Assembly (NCBI GenBank): GCA_958009085.1
Contig: OY253686.1
Coordinates: 496,001 to 560,000 of the forward strand
Source: Protoeuglena noctilucae
Taxonomy: Eukaryota
Reading direction: 5' to 3'
DNA: 64,000 nucleotides
The notes below the pieces were generated by a model that saw only the letters and a list, made by a program, of their open reading frames with translations, was not told the DNA's origin and did no database searches. This document shows, in pieces, positions 26,504 to 39,590 of the stretch. How positions within the stretch are numbered: the stretch's first letter is position 1; each line of letters starts with the position of its first letter. Both the position numbers and the translations under genes were made by a program.

Positions 26504-28778
26504 TCACTTGTACCACCCCGTGAGTGCGTGTCGCAAAGCGAAAGTGAACACGGCGCACGCACCCTGGAATGCCATCAGCCGCACTGTCAGCTGCAGCTCC
26601 GAGCAGGGCCCGAACCACCGAAGGAATCCGGTCACGAGGTTGTAGTTGTCAGTGGGCAGGAGAATGCCCGAGGCTGGGTCGAGCTTCGGGAGGCGGTGGC
26701 GGGGGCACGGCACGATCTTCAGCAGCTGCGGGGGAGGGACTGGGGTGCTGGCCGTCAGAGCACGTTTTTGCAACAGAGGCCTAGCTATGGTGCAGAGGAA
26801 TGGAGGACCATCGCAGCAACCGGGATGCTGAGACGGCTGACGACGAGCGATACGGTGTGCCGGCTGCTAGGCAAGCGTGCGGATCGGCTGATAAGCACCA
26901 ACCCCCGCAGCTCGCCTGTGGCAGCGAGTAGACGAAGTTGATGAGTTGGGGGAGGAAGAAGAACATGAGGGTCTCGGAGAAGTGACCCAGTGTGCCCGCC
27001 ACCGCCAGGACCATGCCGGCAAAGTACGTGTACGTGTCGCCCACAAACACCTGCGGTTGGAAGATGATGACTGGTGACATGAAGATATTGCAAGCAATTG
27101 TATGATGATGGGTGCCAGGTGGTCGGTATCGGCCACCCGTGCCCGGGTATCCCATCAAAGCACGACAGGCTTTCGACCGTATCGTCATCAGAATACAGAG
27201 GTAGTGTTGCTCATGTTACGGGTCTACTGACACGTACTGCCATGGGCTGACCTGGGAGGGGTACCAGTTGAGGCACAGGAGGCCCAATGACGTAGCGAGG
27301 AGCGGGGTGACGAGGAAGATGGACAGCATGTGGGGGCCCTCCACCGACGCGACACTGCGGGGAGAGAGAGAAGACAGTAACAGTGATATAGAGACAGTGA
27401 TAGAGGCAGTGATGTATGGACGGTGACGGTGCTAACGACAGAGATGGTGATGTAGTGATACCGTGATGGTGACACGCATGTCAGTGCCGGTAAGTTGCCA
27501 CTCAGTCGATCTATGACGACGCACGTCACGCAGGTCGACTCCAACAGCACGATTCGCGATGGCTTACTTGGGTGACACGGCCAGCCGCGTCATGTTGAAG
27601 ACGAGGATGGCGGAGGACAGGACGCAGGTCTGCCCGACTTCGAGCCCATTCACGCCCGCCAGGATGTTGATGGAGTTGGTGCAGAAGACGATGACCAGCA
27701 TCACCGCCACCTGCGTTCAAGAGGCAGAGGCGTGATGGGCTTATGGATTGCTCCATCGCTGCCCAGTAGTGCCATTACTACGAAGAGTACTACTCTCTCA
27801 TCAAGCAGAACCGACACCATGTCACCCTGTCATGGCCCCGACGAATGGTACCACATGAAAAGGTGGCCCATTGTTGGGCCCATTGCAACAAGCGTTGCAT
27901 GCCTCTCGCCTTGTACAGCACCCCCAGGTCAAAGAAATCCCCAAGAGGACCCAGGAAGGGGAGCGGGAGGCCGCGGAGAGGGCGGGGAATGACCACGGCG
28001 GTGCTGCCCGTGTAGCCGACGAGGAGGGGGAGGGAGGCGAAGATGGGCATGAGGATCTTTACACGCCACGGCACATCCAGCACGTCGTCCGCAAAGCCCA
28101 GGAGGATCATGAAGCAGATGGAGGCCATGCCCGCATTGCAGTCCACCTGAGCGAGGAGCGGGAGGCGACGGCGTCGGGCGTGGGTCGGCCCAGGCCGCGC
28201 GGGGGAGCGCAGCGTGGGCGCCGCACGCGCACCTGCCATGAGGCCTCGTACGCGTCGCCGAGCCGGTGCCAGCGGCCCCGGAAGGTGCCCGCATATAAAG
28301 CCTGGAAGGACACGACGGCGATGAGGAAGACGCAGCCCGTGGCGAGGCCCAGGGCCTCGGGGATGGGCGTCTTCGACTCCTTGTCCCCCGGCTTGTTCAA
28401 GTCGATGCCTCCGAGGCCTCTCCTGCGAACGCAATCGGTGGATGTAAGAGCCTTATTACTCGCGGGGTGGGCCATCGGAGAGATCGCGACGCAGCGCACG
28501 AGTCCTGGCCTCCAAGGGGTCGCACGCATTTCTCCAAGCGCAGCGGGCGTGGGTGGGCGCGATGCCGCGCGTCACCTCAAGAAGCGATTCTTCGTGGCGC
28601 GCACGAGCCACACGGTGGCGGCGAAGGACGCGACCCCGAAGAGAAAGCATGCCGCGATTGCGTCGGCCACGACACGGTTCACCGCGTGGTGGGTGCGAAG
28701 GGACAGCAGCTGCGCCAAGGGCCCCACGCAGCACAGAGCCCCGACGGCCGCGAGCTGATACCGCCGGGAGAGCGCCAT
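26504..28778 (-). CDS. DPAGT1: UDP-GlcNAc:dolichyl-phosphate GlcNAc-1-phosphotransferase, multi-exon
   Basis: [100 protein letters not shown]. Confidence 0.95.
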
Positions 28779-29247
28779 GGCTGCACGGCCTCAGCAGCGC
28801 ATCACGAGGACCACCGCAGCTCTCCACCGCTCGCCTACGCCGCCGCAGTGCACGCTATGGATAGCCCACGCGCGGTCAGCGAGCGATGCGATGCGATCGG
28901 GGCGCTGATGGAGCAACGGGCCGCGTGGTTGTGGCGTGGATGCGAAGAAGATGAAGTGTGTTGACGGAAGGCCTGCGTACTGACGCCATAAAAGCGCACC
29001 ATGAATGCAGGGAGCCACGGCCAGTTGCCAGCCGATGTGCAGTTGGAACACTTCACTGGCGTCAGATAGTGCTTGTGCTCGCGCCAGACACAGGCTGGGG
29101 GACTACTAGCATCTGAAGCTCGTTGCCTGGCCTGCATACTTAACCCTCCAGCGCCCGCTCGTGGCCCCTGCCTTGATGCACTCGGCAAGAGAGCGACACG
29201 GACATAACAAGACATAACGAGCCGTGTCCTCTGCATGCGCATCCGTG

Positions 29248-32200
29248 ATGAAGCAGGAAGTAGAGAGGACCATTCATGACATTCCTTACGACGTGCTGGG
29301 GTGAGGCGCACGGCCTGTCCATGGCCAGCGGAGGCGCCGTGGGTCGCCGTGGGGGTGCGACTCCCCAGCGGTCGCTTCGCTCTGCCAAAGGCCTCGACTA
29401 GCCTCTCTGCCCCTCCGTCGCAGTTCATGCGTGTTCCGCCACCTGCCTCTCGCGGATAAGCTACTCGCGGTGCCCCTCGTCTGCAAGGTGGGCAGAGATG
29501 CATTGCTCCTCCACCGCTGCGGTGCGCGGACATCCCGGATTCGCGCGCTCTGCGCGAGAGCCTTGCGTTTCGTTCGTTTCCGCATCCTGGATCTGGCTTG
29601 GCTTCGTCTCCGCAGGCATGGCGCGACGTTCTTCGCAACGTTCCGGGGTCCGTCGGGACCCTGAGCGTCCAGCTGGGCTCCGGCGAGAGCGCGACACAGG
29701 TACTGGAACAAAAGGACTTCCGGAGTGCGCTCCTGCGGTCGGGACCCGCCTTCCTCTCGTGGCTCGATGCGCACGCGGGCGCGGTCGATGCGCTGGCGTT
29801 GTCCGTCTGCTGTCCGCCCTGGGGCGACGACGACCGGCCGCGCAGTGATTTCATCGACGTGTTGTCGAAGATGGTGGTCCCGGCGCTGTCGCTGCTGCGG
29901 CCCGGCTGCCCCGTGCACCTCAGTTTGACGAAGGAGATGGCAACGCCGCTCTCCACGCTGGCTGCCGGCCTGCGCGGGGCCGTCGCGCGCAGCCTGCACC
30001 TCGTGATGGACCACCCCGTCACGGCCCTATCGAGCGCCAGAGGTGCGACGAGGTTCCATGCATGGCCGAGCTTTGAGATGTCTCTTGCCCACCGCATGAC
30101 TTGAGCTTGCCCAGTTGCCTGTGCCCGCAACGCTCAACGTCTGTGCTTCAGTGACGCCCATCGCATCGATTGCTATACATGTGATACCTGTCACTTACCA
30201 TGAGACCTCATGGATCCTCATATGCTCACCTCGTCGCCCCGTGCTTCGTTCCTCACACATCGTACAGTTGTCCTCCCTCCCTCCCCTGCAGGCCTGGACA
30301 GCCGCAGCGACTCCCTCCGCAACCTCCTCACCACCACGTGGCCCGAGGCTCCCCCTGACGCCCACCCCATCCTGCTTCCTGAGCTCGCATCCATCCACGA
30401 CGCCTTCCCTCACCTCACCGAGCTCACCGTGGGCCTGTCGCCGCGCTCGGTCTACGACCGCATGCACTACCGCATTCACGTGCAAGACCCGGTGGGGGAC
30501 CGACTGTGCCGGACGCTCTTGCTCCCGCGTTCGCTCGGGTCGCTGTCGCAACTGCGGCGGCTGACCGTGCAACTGCGGGGTGTCGGGGACGAGCCATGGC
30601 TGGGGCGACTGGCGCCGCCCGCGCGATCGGTGGTGGGGCTGAGCGCTTTGACTGCTCTGACGGCTCTCACGGTGTCAGATGCGTGTGTGGATGTCGCGGA
30701 CGTCGCAGCGCTCACGGGACTCAGAGAGCTGTCCCTGCACATGGCGGGCGTGGAATTCGACGCACGACACGACCCCACGCACCTGAAGAGCCTGCAGGTG
30801 ACGAGGATTACTGTTGGTTGCTAGTAAATGAGGCTGCTGTTACGATTGCTAGATGGTGTGACTGACACATGCCTCCCAGTGGGTCCATCCCACTCACATT
30901 CTCCCTTCCATCCCCGCCTCCCCCAGTCGCTGACAAGCCTCGACCGTCTCTCCGTCACGATGTGGAGCTTGGCAGACGAGATGGGACTCTCCTGCGCCCT
31001 GTCTGACCTCGCCTTCTGCCCCGACACCCACGTCCGCCTCCTCCTGCCATCGTCCGACGCGGCCCCGAGCCCAGAGACCGTCACGGCGCCCCACCGCGTC
31101 CTCCACACCTGCGCGAGACTCGAACCCTTTCGCCACGGCTGCCTCCGCGTCAGCTACCACCGCGCGTGCGTGGGCGTGGCGATTGCCGACGACCTCGGGC
31201 CGACCTTACGGCTGGTGCCATTGGATGGGGCGTTGTATGCGCATGATGTCCCGAATGCAGAGTCGAGGGAAACGGCGTGCTTGAGTCGCACGGCGGGGCC
31301 GGGGGAGGTGCAGGCGGCGCTCGACAAGCCGTGGGTGCAGGTGCGGTGGGGGTGCATGGATGGCTGCTTGCATTGCAGACAGCGTGGGTAGGGCAATTGC
31401 TGGCCTTTCATAGCAACTGGCTTGTCCTGGCATGGACTTGGGGACTAAACTCTATGGTTCTTATGCCAACTCGCGTTGTTGTCACATGTGACCCACTCAC
31501 TTCTGTATCTCTTCGCATCTTCACGCAGGTGGTGGACCTCGGGGGTGCGTCTGTGATCAGCCAGGACCCAGGCCGGGCGCTGTGGTTCCCGACCAATCGC
31601 CGCGTGACCCTGCGAAACGGCACACTGGCGGTGGCGGGAGGGGCGGTGGTGCCCGACGGTGCCGACGTGACGCTAAGCGGTGTAGTCGTGGTGGGGAGCG
31701 AAGCGCATGGGGTGACGGTGCTGCGGGGCGGCCGTGCGCGGGTGGGCGGGCAGTCCCAGATCCTCGCCTGTCAGCGCGCGGGGCTGGCGAACGTGGGTGG
31801 TGGGTACTTGGAAGTAACCGAGCACTCGTGCGCATCGGGCAATGCGGTCGGGCTGCTGGTGCACGGGGTGCACGGGGCGCTGGGCAACACGGTCATCGAT
31901 CGGGCTTTCTTCCTCGATAACGCCGCGTGTGGTATCGCCGTCGATGACCTCCCCGCCCACGCACACGCCCACGCGAGCGGTGGCAGTGCGGCGCCCGGTC
32001 CCGTTGCGTTGTATGCGACTTCGCCCTTCTGTGCTCGCAATGGCGTGGGGCTGCGGGTGCGGGGCTGCGTGGCGGCCAAGGTCGTGCGGGGGGTGTTTGT
32101 GAGCCAGGCGGGGAGCGGGGTCGAGGTGGAGGACGAGGTGAGGGGTGACGTTGGGGGTGGGGGTGAGGGTGGGTTAGCGGTGGGGTCGGAAAAGGAGATG

Positions 32201-34013
32201 AGGGATGGATGTGTAGGGTGGTCACTCAGCGCTCTCACAAACATGCCGATGGTCGTGTCCCACTCGCACCGCCACATGCTAAGCAACCAGAAACACCCTC
32301 CTCAACCATGTCGATATCTCATTCTCCATATCTCATTCTCCTCTCCTCGCAGGGCCACGTGGACCTCGACACCGTGGCCGTGTGGTGGAGTGGCGCGTAC
32401 GGCGTCCACATCAAGAACCCCACCCCCACCAATACCAGCCCAGGCCCATGCACTCTGACCCCTCACTCCTTCGTGCGCAATCGCAAGGGCGATGTCATGA
32501 CTGGCAATCTCGTGGTGAACTTCCCCGTTCCCGGCCCTGGCCTGCCCGAGGCTTCGGGGGCGGCGGCACGGGGGGCGCGGGGCGATGAGGCGGTGGAGTG
32601 GGCGTCACAACAAGAGCTGCTGGGTCACCTGCTGCAAGTCACGAGTGAGTGGGATGGGATGCGCTGTTATGTTGCATGGTCACTTGGTGCAAGTCACGAG
32701 TCAGTGGGATGGGCTGTTCTGCTGCTCGGTCCATGGACAATCACAATCCCAACCAACAACACTCCATAACAAGTACTGACAACAACCAACAATAGCTATC
32801 AATCATCTCCCCGTCTCTCTCTCTCATCGCAGGCGACTTCATGGCGTACTCCCCGTCCCCCACGCCCCTGCGCACCCCCCCCGCATCTCTACCGGGGTCA
32901 TCCCCACTCTCGGCACCCGCCCCAACCCACGCGAGCCTCCCCGCGCACGCGAGCCTGCCGGACGCATCTGCAACATCCCGCCACCGCTACAGCCGCCACA
33001 ACAACAACACCGCCACCCATCGCACCCACCACATGCGCCACGCCGATGCGACGGTGGGGTGGGACGCGGTTGCTGCTGCACCCGCCAGGTCGAGCTTCGA
33101 TTCCCTCCCGCTTCCTTTATCGATTCACGAGCCGAACAGGCACGCTGCGGACGGCATGTGGGCGGATGGCGCGCCTATGTCTGCTCTGTCCGAGGCCCTG
33201 CAGCGTCAACACCTGGGATCGAATCTAAACGCCGGTCCTGGCAACGAGAGATCCCATGAGCCGATGCGTGGGAACTTGCAGCAGGGCGTGGCGCGGAGCT
33301 GGAGTGGCGCGGGTGGGCCAGCGTTGCGGTACCAGGGAGGCGAGCAGGGCTTTACCCTATTGGGAGGTGCGCAGGGTGGGACGTGGGAGGGGGTTTTGCG
33401 AGGAGGGGTGGGTGCGGTGGGGGCGGCGGGGCAGAGGCGGGGGTTGGGTGGCGGGGATGAAAGTGGGGTGGCAGCGGGGGTTGGGGCGGGTGGATGGGGC
33501 GATGAGGGGCGAGGGGTGCCGCCCTCCGTGGAGCGGTGGCACGTGGCGAGCTTGCTGCAGGTGACAATGCGCGACACGATGGTTGCTATGACTGATAGAG
33601 ATGTGCGCCTGACAGACCTGACTGCTTGAGTGCTTTGTTAATTGCAGGCGGCGACCGGGCGCGGAGGCGAGGCGGACTTTGCCGCGGGAATGGCGCGGTG
33701 GCTGCGGGGGCGAGCGGGGCATGAGGCGCACGGGCCGAGGGCGAACGGCAACGCGAGGGCGGGTGCTTTGGCGATCGAGGGGCAAGACGTGCGGCAAGCG
33801 CTGCACCTGTCGGACCGACCGGACCTGTCCGGGGTGGCTCTAGTGCCGTGGAGCGCTGGGGGAGGTGCGGGTGCAATGGGTGCGAGTGCGGTGGGCGCGG
33901 GTGCGATGGGTAGTACAATGGAGGGTGGGAGGGATGCGGTTGCCAGGCAGCTGCTGGCGGCGGCATTGGAGGCCCTAGCACCGCCCGGACCGCCTGCTGA
34001 CCGGGAGATTTGA
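29248..34013 (+). CDS. F-box protein with LRR-like repeats and a right-handed parallel beta-helix domain, about 9 exons
   Basis: Spliced N-terminus MKQEVERTIHDIPYDVLG|SCVFRHLPLADKLLAVPLVCK|AWRDVL is an F-box. LRR-like LGSLSQLRRLTV and LSALTALTALTVS follow. Beta-helix-type repeats lie at 31530-32137 (HGVTV..G, GNAVGLLVHG, NAACGIAV, NGVGLRV). Confidence 0.72.
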
Positions 34014-34770
34014 AGTGCAATCACACGGGCGCGGGATGCCAGTGTTAGGCTGTGCCTGTGGCGTCTAGTATTGACGAGTGATGGATCGAGGGTCCCATGC
34101 TTGAACTAAGCTACATGTTAAACTCTGATTCGACGATGTAACAAACAGAATAGACCGCAGTACTACTGTCGTCTTGGCATCAAACGACGACAAACCTACG
34201 ACTCGCTTATGGGTGGCGACTGCGGCGAACGTTGCCCAGTTCACCGGCTACCCCACCAGCAGAATTTTGACTAGAAATACGAGGCGGTGATAAACGTGCT
34301 TTGCAGTCCTGGGTCGATCGGTCCTGTGTCATCGCGCCTTTGCTCTGTAACACGATTGGTCGTCCATTCAAGTGCTGAGTAGAAAATGCAACTGGCCAGA
34401 AACGTCATTACTAGGAGCCTACCCATGGAAGTCCGTACAATACAGAGGATATCCCATTCATGTGATACCCTCTGTCTTGCACAGAATTTCAAGGGTAGGC
34501 TCGTAGTACTGCCGCTTTTGGCCGGTTGGTTCCTGTCCTGCTCATTAGGACTAATAGGCAATATTGTTTGAGAACAAAGGGCTGGCCAGCCATAAGTAGT
34601 AAGTACTAAGGCGAGCCACTAGGCAACGAACGATGGTAAATGTAGCACGAGCAGCAGCAACGACATTCACAATATCGCATGAAACGGAAATGTTACAGCC
34701 CGGAGGTGTTACAGTTAGGCTACCAGGATGGTGAGGGCGGTGTGCGGCATCGTGCTGTGCCCGCGTCACG

Positions 34771-36361
34771 TCACGATTCGTGGGGCCTGGCCGGCCTGGG
34801 TGGGACACCCCGGTACTTGGCCCTCCCCATGTTGATGAGCCACCTCACGTGATCGACCAGCGACACCTGGGGCGGGATCCACCACTGCTGCGCCCCCATG
34901 TCGCGGAAGAGCTTGCTTGGGTCAATGCGCACCTCGTCGCCCCAGATCACGTCCAGCAGAGCCCGGGGAATGCCCACGAGGGGTCCGATGAGCCACATGA
35001 GCCATTTGGGGGCGATGGCGCGGGGGACCCAGCAGGCGGGGAACTCTGGGATGGGCAGTGGGGGTGGATGGGTGAATGGGTGTGCATGGCGGGTGTTATG
35101 ATGGCCTATCTCAGCGCAAGACACAGCACGCTATCACAGCACGTTGCGTCACCGATGCCCCCTCACCGGTGCGAATCCACCTCCCCCAGTCCGTCATGAG
35201 GGTGGAAGGGCCGGGATCTGACACCAGGTATCGACCCTGGCACTTGCGGTGCACGAGCGCGATGCAGTGGGCGGCCGCGACACACCGCACGTCGCAACTG
35301 CGAGGAGGCGATGACAGGCACGGATGGTTGGTTTGAGAGTGATGAGAGCGGAGAGATGCGAAGGGCTATGGGTAATGCCTTACAACGCTCGCCCTTGACG
35401 CACCCGCACCGTCGCAACAGTCACCCCGCCCTCGCACGAATAGTATCCACATCATCAGGCACAACCAATACGACGCGGCTCACATGTTGATGGGGAACTT
35501 GGGTGCGAACGGCCAGAACTTCCCCTCAATGAGGTCCTTAAACACACTCACGACCTGGCTGTCAGCCCGATTGGTGGGCGCAGGGCCGAGAATCATGACC
35601 GGGCATATCGTCACGAGCGACCAGCGGTCCTGCTCCCCCACCGCGCACCACGCCAGCTGCTCCTGCGCCTTCTTCGCGAAGTTGTAAGGCGACAAAACCT
35701 CGTCGTCGCGCTTGCACCAATCGTCCTCCGTGTAGACGTGCGCGGGGCCGTCGGGGTGGTCGTTCGGGCCCACCGTGACCGCACCCATGCTGGACGTCAG
35801 CACTACGCGCGTCACTGCGGCCACGCGGGGCGTCGGGAGGCGTCAGGAAGATGGAGAGCAATGCGTGCCAAAACGCTGGCGCGGAAAGCGGCGAAAGACG
35901 CCACAGGATCTGCGATCTTGCCTGTGGGTGTGCGATTGACGGCATTGAGGACGTTTTGCAGCCCCTTGATGGCCGGATCGATGATCATCTCCCGAGCTTT
36001 GCCTTTTGGCGCCGAAAGCATCGCTGGCGTGGCCGTGTGGATGGCCGCGGCGCACCCGGCCATGGCGGCGTCAAAGCTTCCTTCCCTGAGTAGATCGGCT
36101 TCGAAAAGGCGCAGGCGCTCGGCGGCCCCTGGCAGCTCTAGGAGGGGCTTGCAGATATCAGACAAGGAATTCCGCACCGTCGCGTGGACCGTGTGGCCCG
36201 CACGAAGCAATCGCTCGACGATGGAGCTGCGAGGAAGCACGCGAGATGCTTTGGCGACGGCAAAGTGCAGCCCAGGAGCTCAGAACGCCAATGAAGCGCA
36301 CGAGGCCACTTGTTGCCTACCTCGACATGTACCCAGTCGCACCAGTCACACACACTTTCAT
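34771..36361 (-). CDS. Extended SDR, cinnamoyl-CoA reductase/dihydroflavonol reductase-like NAD(P)-dependent oxidoreductase
   Basis: MKVCVTGATGY Rossmann motif, GHTVHATVR, LRLFEADLLREGSFD, IDPAIKG, RVVLTSS, YNFAK catalytic YxxxK, LVTICP..ILGP. Confidence 0.92.
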
Positions 36362-36659
36362 CGGGCGACATTCCTTCTCCCAGGATGTCAGCGGGACCTC
36401 CTGGTAGGCCGCCATCTAGGCAAATGACTGCTTTCGCGCCACACAATGAACTGCTACTCCTCTCCGCCCTGACCAGCGTTTATCAGACACTCTCCAGGGA
36501 GGTGCAGAAACGAGAGTTGCGCAACCAACTCAGAACCTGCGTTCTGAGCCCGCAAGGCCCGTGGATTGGGGGTTTCAAGGGCGCACAGCGCACTGACTGA
36601 CGCTGCTAGGGTCCTCCCCAAGCCTATCCAGGTGCTGTCAAGCCCGTGCGCGCCAGTTT

Positions 36660-37713
36660 TCATCCGCGGTTGGGGAACTGCGCGGGCTCCGCGGCGGCGG
36701 GCGTCCTCCCGGCGTTGCTCCCGTCGTACTCCCCATCCACCGGCAGGTCCTCGGCGTCCCACCCGTAGATGCCCCCATCCAGGTGGGCCACGCTCGAGGC
36801 ATCTGCCGTCTTGGAAGCCAGGACCTGCAAATGTCTTACATGTTGTGTCAGCGACACCGCGGTGGTACTGTTGGGTGGGTTGCTCCCATGCATGCAGCAC
36901 GTCAGTCTCTGCGCCCAGCGCCCTGAGCCAGCGCCCTGGGTGAGGCAATATGAGGCGTGCAGGCTCACCTGGAAGACCGCCCTCAGAGACCGGGACGCCT
37001 TGCCGAAGGGGAAGTTGGACGACGCATTGAGCGTGCCCCCCGCCTCGCAGTACATGATGGGCTTCTTGCCACCGGAGAGCTGCAGGAGGAGGGAGGGTGG
37101 GTAGGGGGGGGTGGTAAGCCGAACGACGTGTCTGGGAACGCTGCGCATGCCGTCTGAGATGCGGGCTTGATGTCAACCAGCACGTGTCTTTTGTGTGAAC
37201 TGACGCTTGCCTTGGGCAGGTCGGTCAAGAAGGCCGCGTTGTTCTTAATGGGCGTCACGCCGTTCGCCATCAACACCATCGACTGTGGGGGCAGTAGCGA
37301 GGTGGATGGTGGAGATGGTAAACAACAAGCGACTGCAGTGGGAGCTTAGAGGGACGCTGGGCAGCGTGCAGCTGCGTGAATCGATGAGCGGACCGCACCT
37401 TGAGGAAATCGGACGGCGCGAAGTTCTCACGGGTGACCTTGAGGAACAGGGGGCAGCTCACTGCGCCCTGGATGTGCGCCTTGTTGAAGTCTTCGGTGGG
37501 CCGGACGTCCACCAGCACCCACTCGCCCGAGTCGACCATCGCCTTGGCCTCCGCCGGCGGCACCGACTTGACGCGGCTCTCGACCAGCGTCCGCCAAATG
37601 AACTCCCACGTCCCGTCCACGTTCGCGGCCGCGGCCATGACGCTCGTCCGCGAATGGCGCGTGGGGCGCACGCCGACGACCGGGGCCCGGCGCACAGGCT
37701 GGCCTGCGGTCAC
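36660..37713 (-). CDS. Rhodanese-like domain protein (probably plastid); start uncertain
   Basis: VLVDVRP...AHIQGAVS, YCEAGGTL...SRSL, HLDGGIYGW, a plant/algal rhodanese pattern. Three introns restore the frame. Confidence 0.85.
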
Positions 37714-38305
37714 AAACTATCGTCCTTCGCTGCTGACGCGATCATCTTGTCCCCTGCCCCCACATCGGCTCCGCATCAGCGCATCTCCCGCGCAAGATAT
37801 CATGGCGCATGCTGCCAGGCGCGGCCTCTGTCCGCTCCATTGCGGGCGTCACCCGTCTCACCTATCCGAGAAGGATGCATCGCCACCCCGAGGAGAGGCC
37901 CGGTCGCCGAGAGTGGCATGGCTGGCTGGCTTAGAGACGTGCCTTTCCAAGCGTTGCCAGAACACACAGGCAATCGTCCTTAGACGTTGAGGAGGTCTCG
38001 TGTGTGCGCTGGCGAGGGTATGGGGCGACATGGACTGCAAATCAGGCTCAACAACATTTGCCCTACCTAACGGTCTGTCTGGCAACTTCAACCAGCAGCC
38101 CCGACCCATGCGATCACATTGCCGGTGAGCCACAAAGACGAGCTGCTGCCACGCCTCCTGGGAGGTTGCACAGAAGCATTTTGAGCCCCGGTCGAAGCCG
38201 CGGCACGCCTTTCTTCGCGATCTGGGGTCGCGTCAGCCACCTTTCTATCGTTTCTAGCGTCGAACAATACCGGCACGGCTCCCGACTCTTTCCTTGCGCG
38301 TGGAC

Positions 38306-39400
38306 ATGCTGGCTGCCCATTGCAGGCCCGCGGGCGCCTCCTGGAGGCCCCTTGCTGGCTCGCTGCGCACTAACGGGTCTAATCGTTATGCTGCCGTGGC
38401 TAGGTCCCTCCCAGATCCGTCAGAGAGGCCGGAGTCCCCCGACTGTAAGGTACGCAGGCATTCTCGGCGCGCCGGCGCTCATCCCCCGCGCCGTCGCCGC
38501 AGAAATCTCTTTGTCGATTCGTCTACCTTTCAGCTTGAGCGCTGACGCCCATGGCGGCACCGGTGCGACGCGTTCCCGACCCTTTTTGCCCACCTCGCTC
38601 CCTCGCAGCTCAACCTACCCAAGGTGCTGCCCCCCGAAAGCGTCGGCTACGTCCCAGAGACCGACGCCGAGCCAGGACCCACGCCGTCGCCGCCCCCTGG
38701 GCTGGAGGGGCTGCGGCTCGATGACAACGGTGCGTCAGCGGGGGGAACTACGATGGCTTTTGCGATCCAGCCTCATCCCTCTGGTCGCGCCTTGTCAAAT
38801 TCCTTTTCTACGTTCGTTCCCCGCAGGCAGCTTGGTGGAGGAGAAGACCGGCAAGGCCCTGAACGCCCTGGGTGCGACGCGCTTCGACGTCGCCGTCCGC
38901 GCGATGCGTGGGGAGATGACGCGGCACTTGGACCCCGGCGAGGACCGCGAGGACGCCACGTCCGGCAAAATCGCAGAGTCCCTGGTGCGCAGCATGCTTA
39001 TGTGGGGACGCTGATGTGCGCAAGCGTGGGCCGGCATGTTTCTCTTGCTCCTTCCGACCCCAATGCTCTTCGTCTCACTTCCTCCCGCTATGCAATGCAA
39101 TCGCAATCGCCATTCCCGTCTCCGCTTTCCCAGATCGTCTTCCCCGCGGCGTACTCGTTCCAGGCCGTGGGGAAGCTCGAAAAGGGAAAGGTGGACAAGG
39201 ACGCGTTCGTGCGCGGCGTCAAGAACGCGGTGCAGGCCGCGACCGATGCCACCGTGCTCGACAGCCAGGTGGTGGTCAAGCCGAGGATGAACGGGAGATA
39301 CGTGTCAGTCAAGGTCACGGCCGTGGTCGGCGGCGCGGAGACGATTGATCGTGTTTTCGAGGGCGTGCAGGCTGTCGAGGGGTGCATCATGTGGTTCTGA
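38306..39400 (+). CDS. DUF493/YbeD-like domain protein, multi-exon; start uncertain
   Basis: C-terminal FPAAYSFQAVG...GRYVSVKVTAVV...IDRVFE..MWF, preceded by LGATRFDVAVRAMRG. Confidence 0.72.
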
Positions 39401-39590
39401 CGCCTGCAAGTAAGGGCAGACTTTCACGGGGCTCCCTGCTTCTGGCGGGTAATGTCTCGAGGGGTAAGGTCCCCTGCTCTCTATCTTTGAATCCTCATGG
39501 ACGTAAGGTAATAGACGCAAACAAGCATCAGAAGCTGCACCTAACAGACAGCCTGTCCGAATCCTGAAGCTGTTGTGGTCCAAGGCAGCC

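Noticed and set aside
28835..30130. 431-aa minus-strand ORF
   Set aside because: Antisense shadow of the F-box gene and its promoter in GC-rich DNA, with no recognisable motifs.
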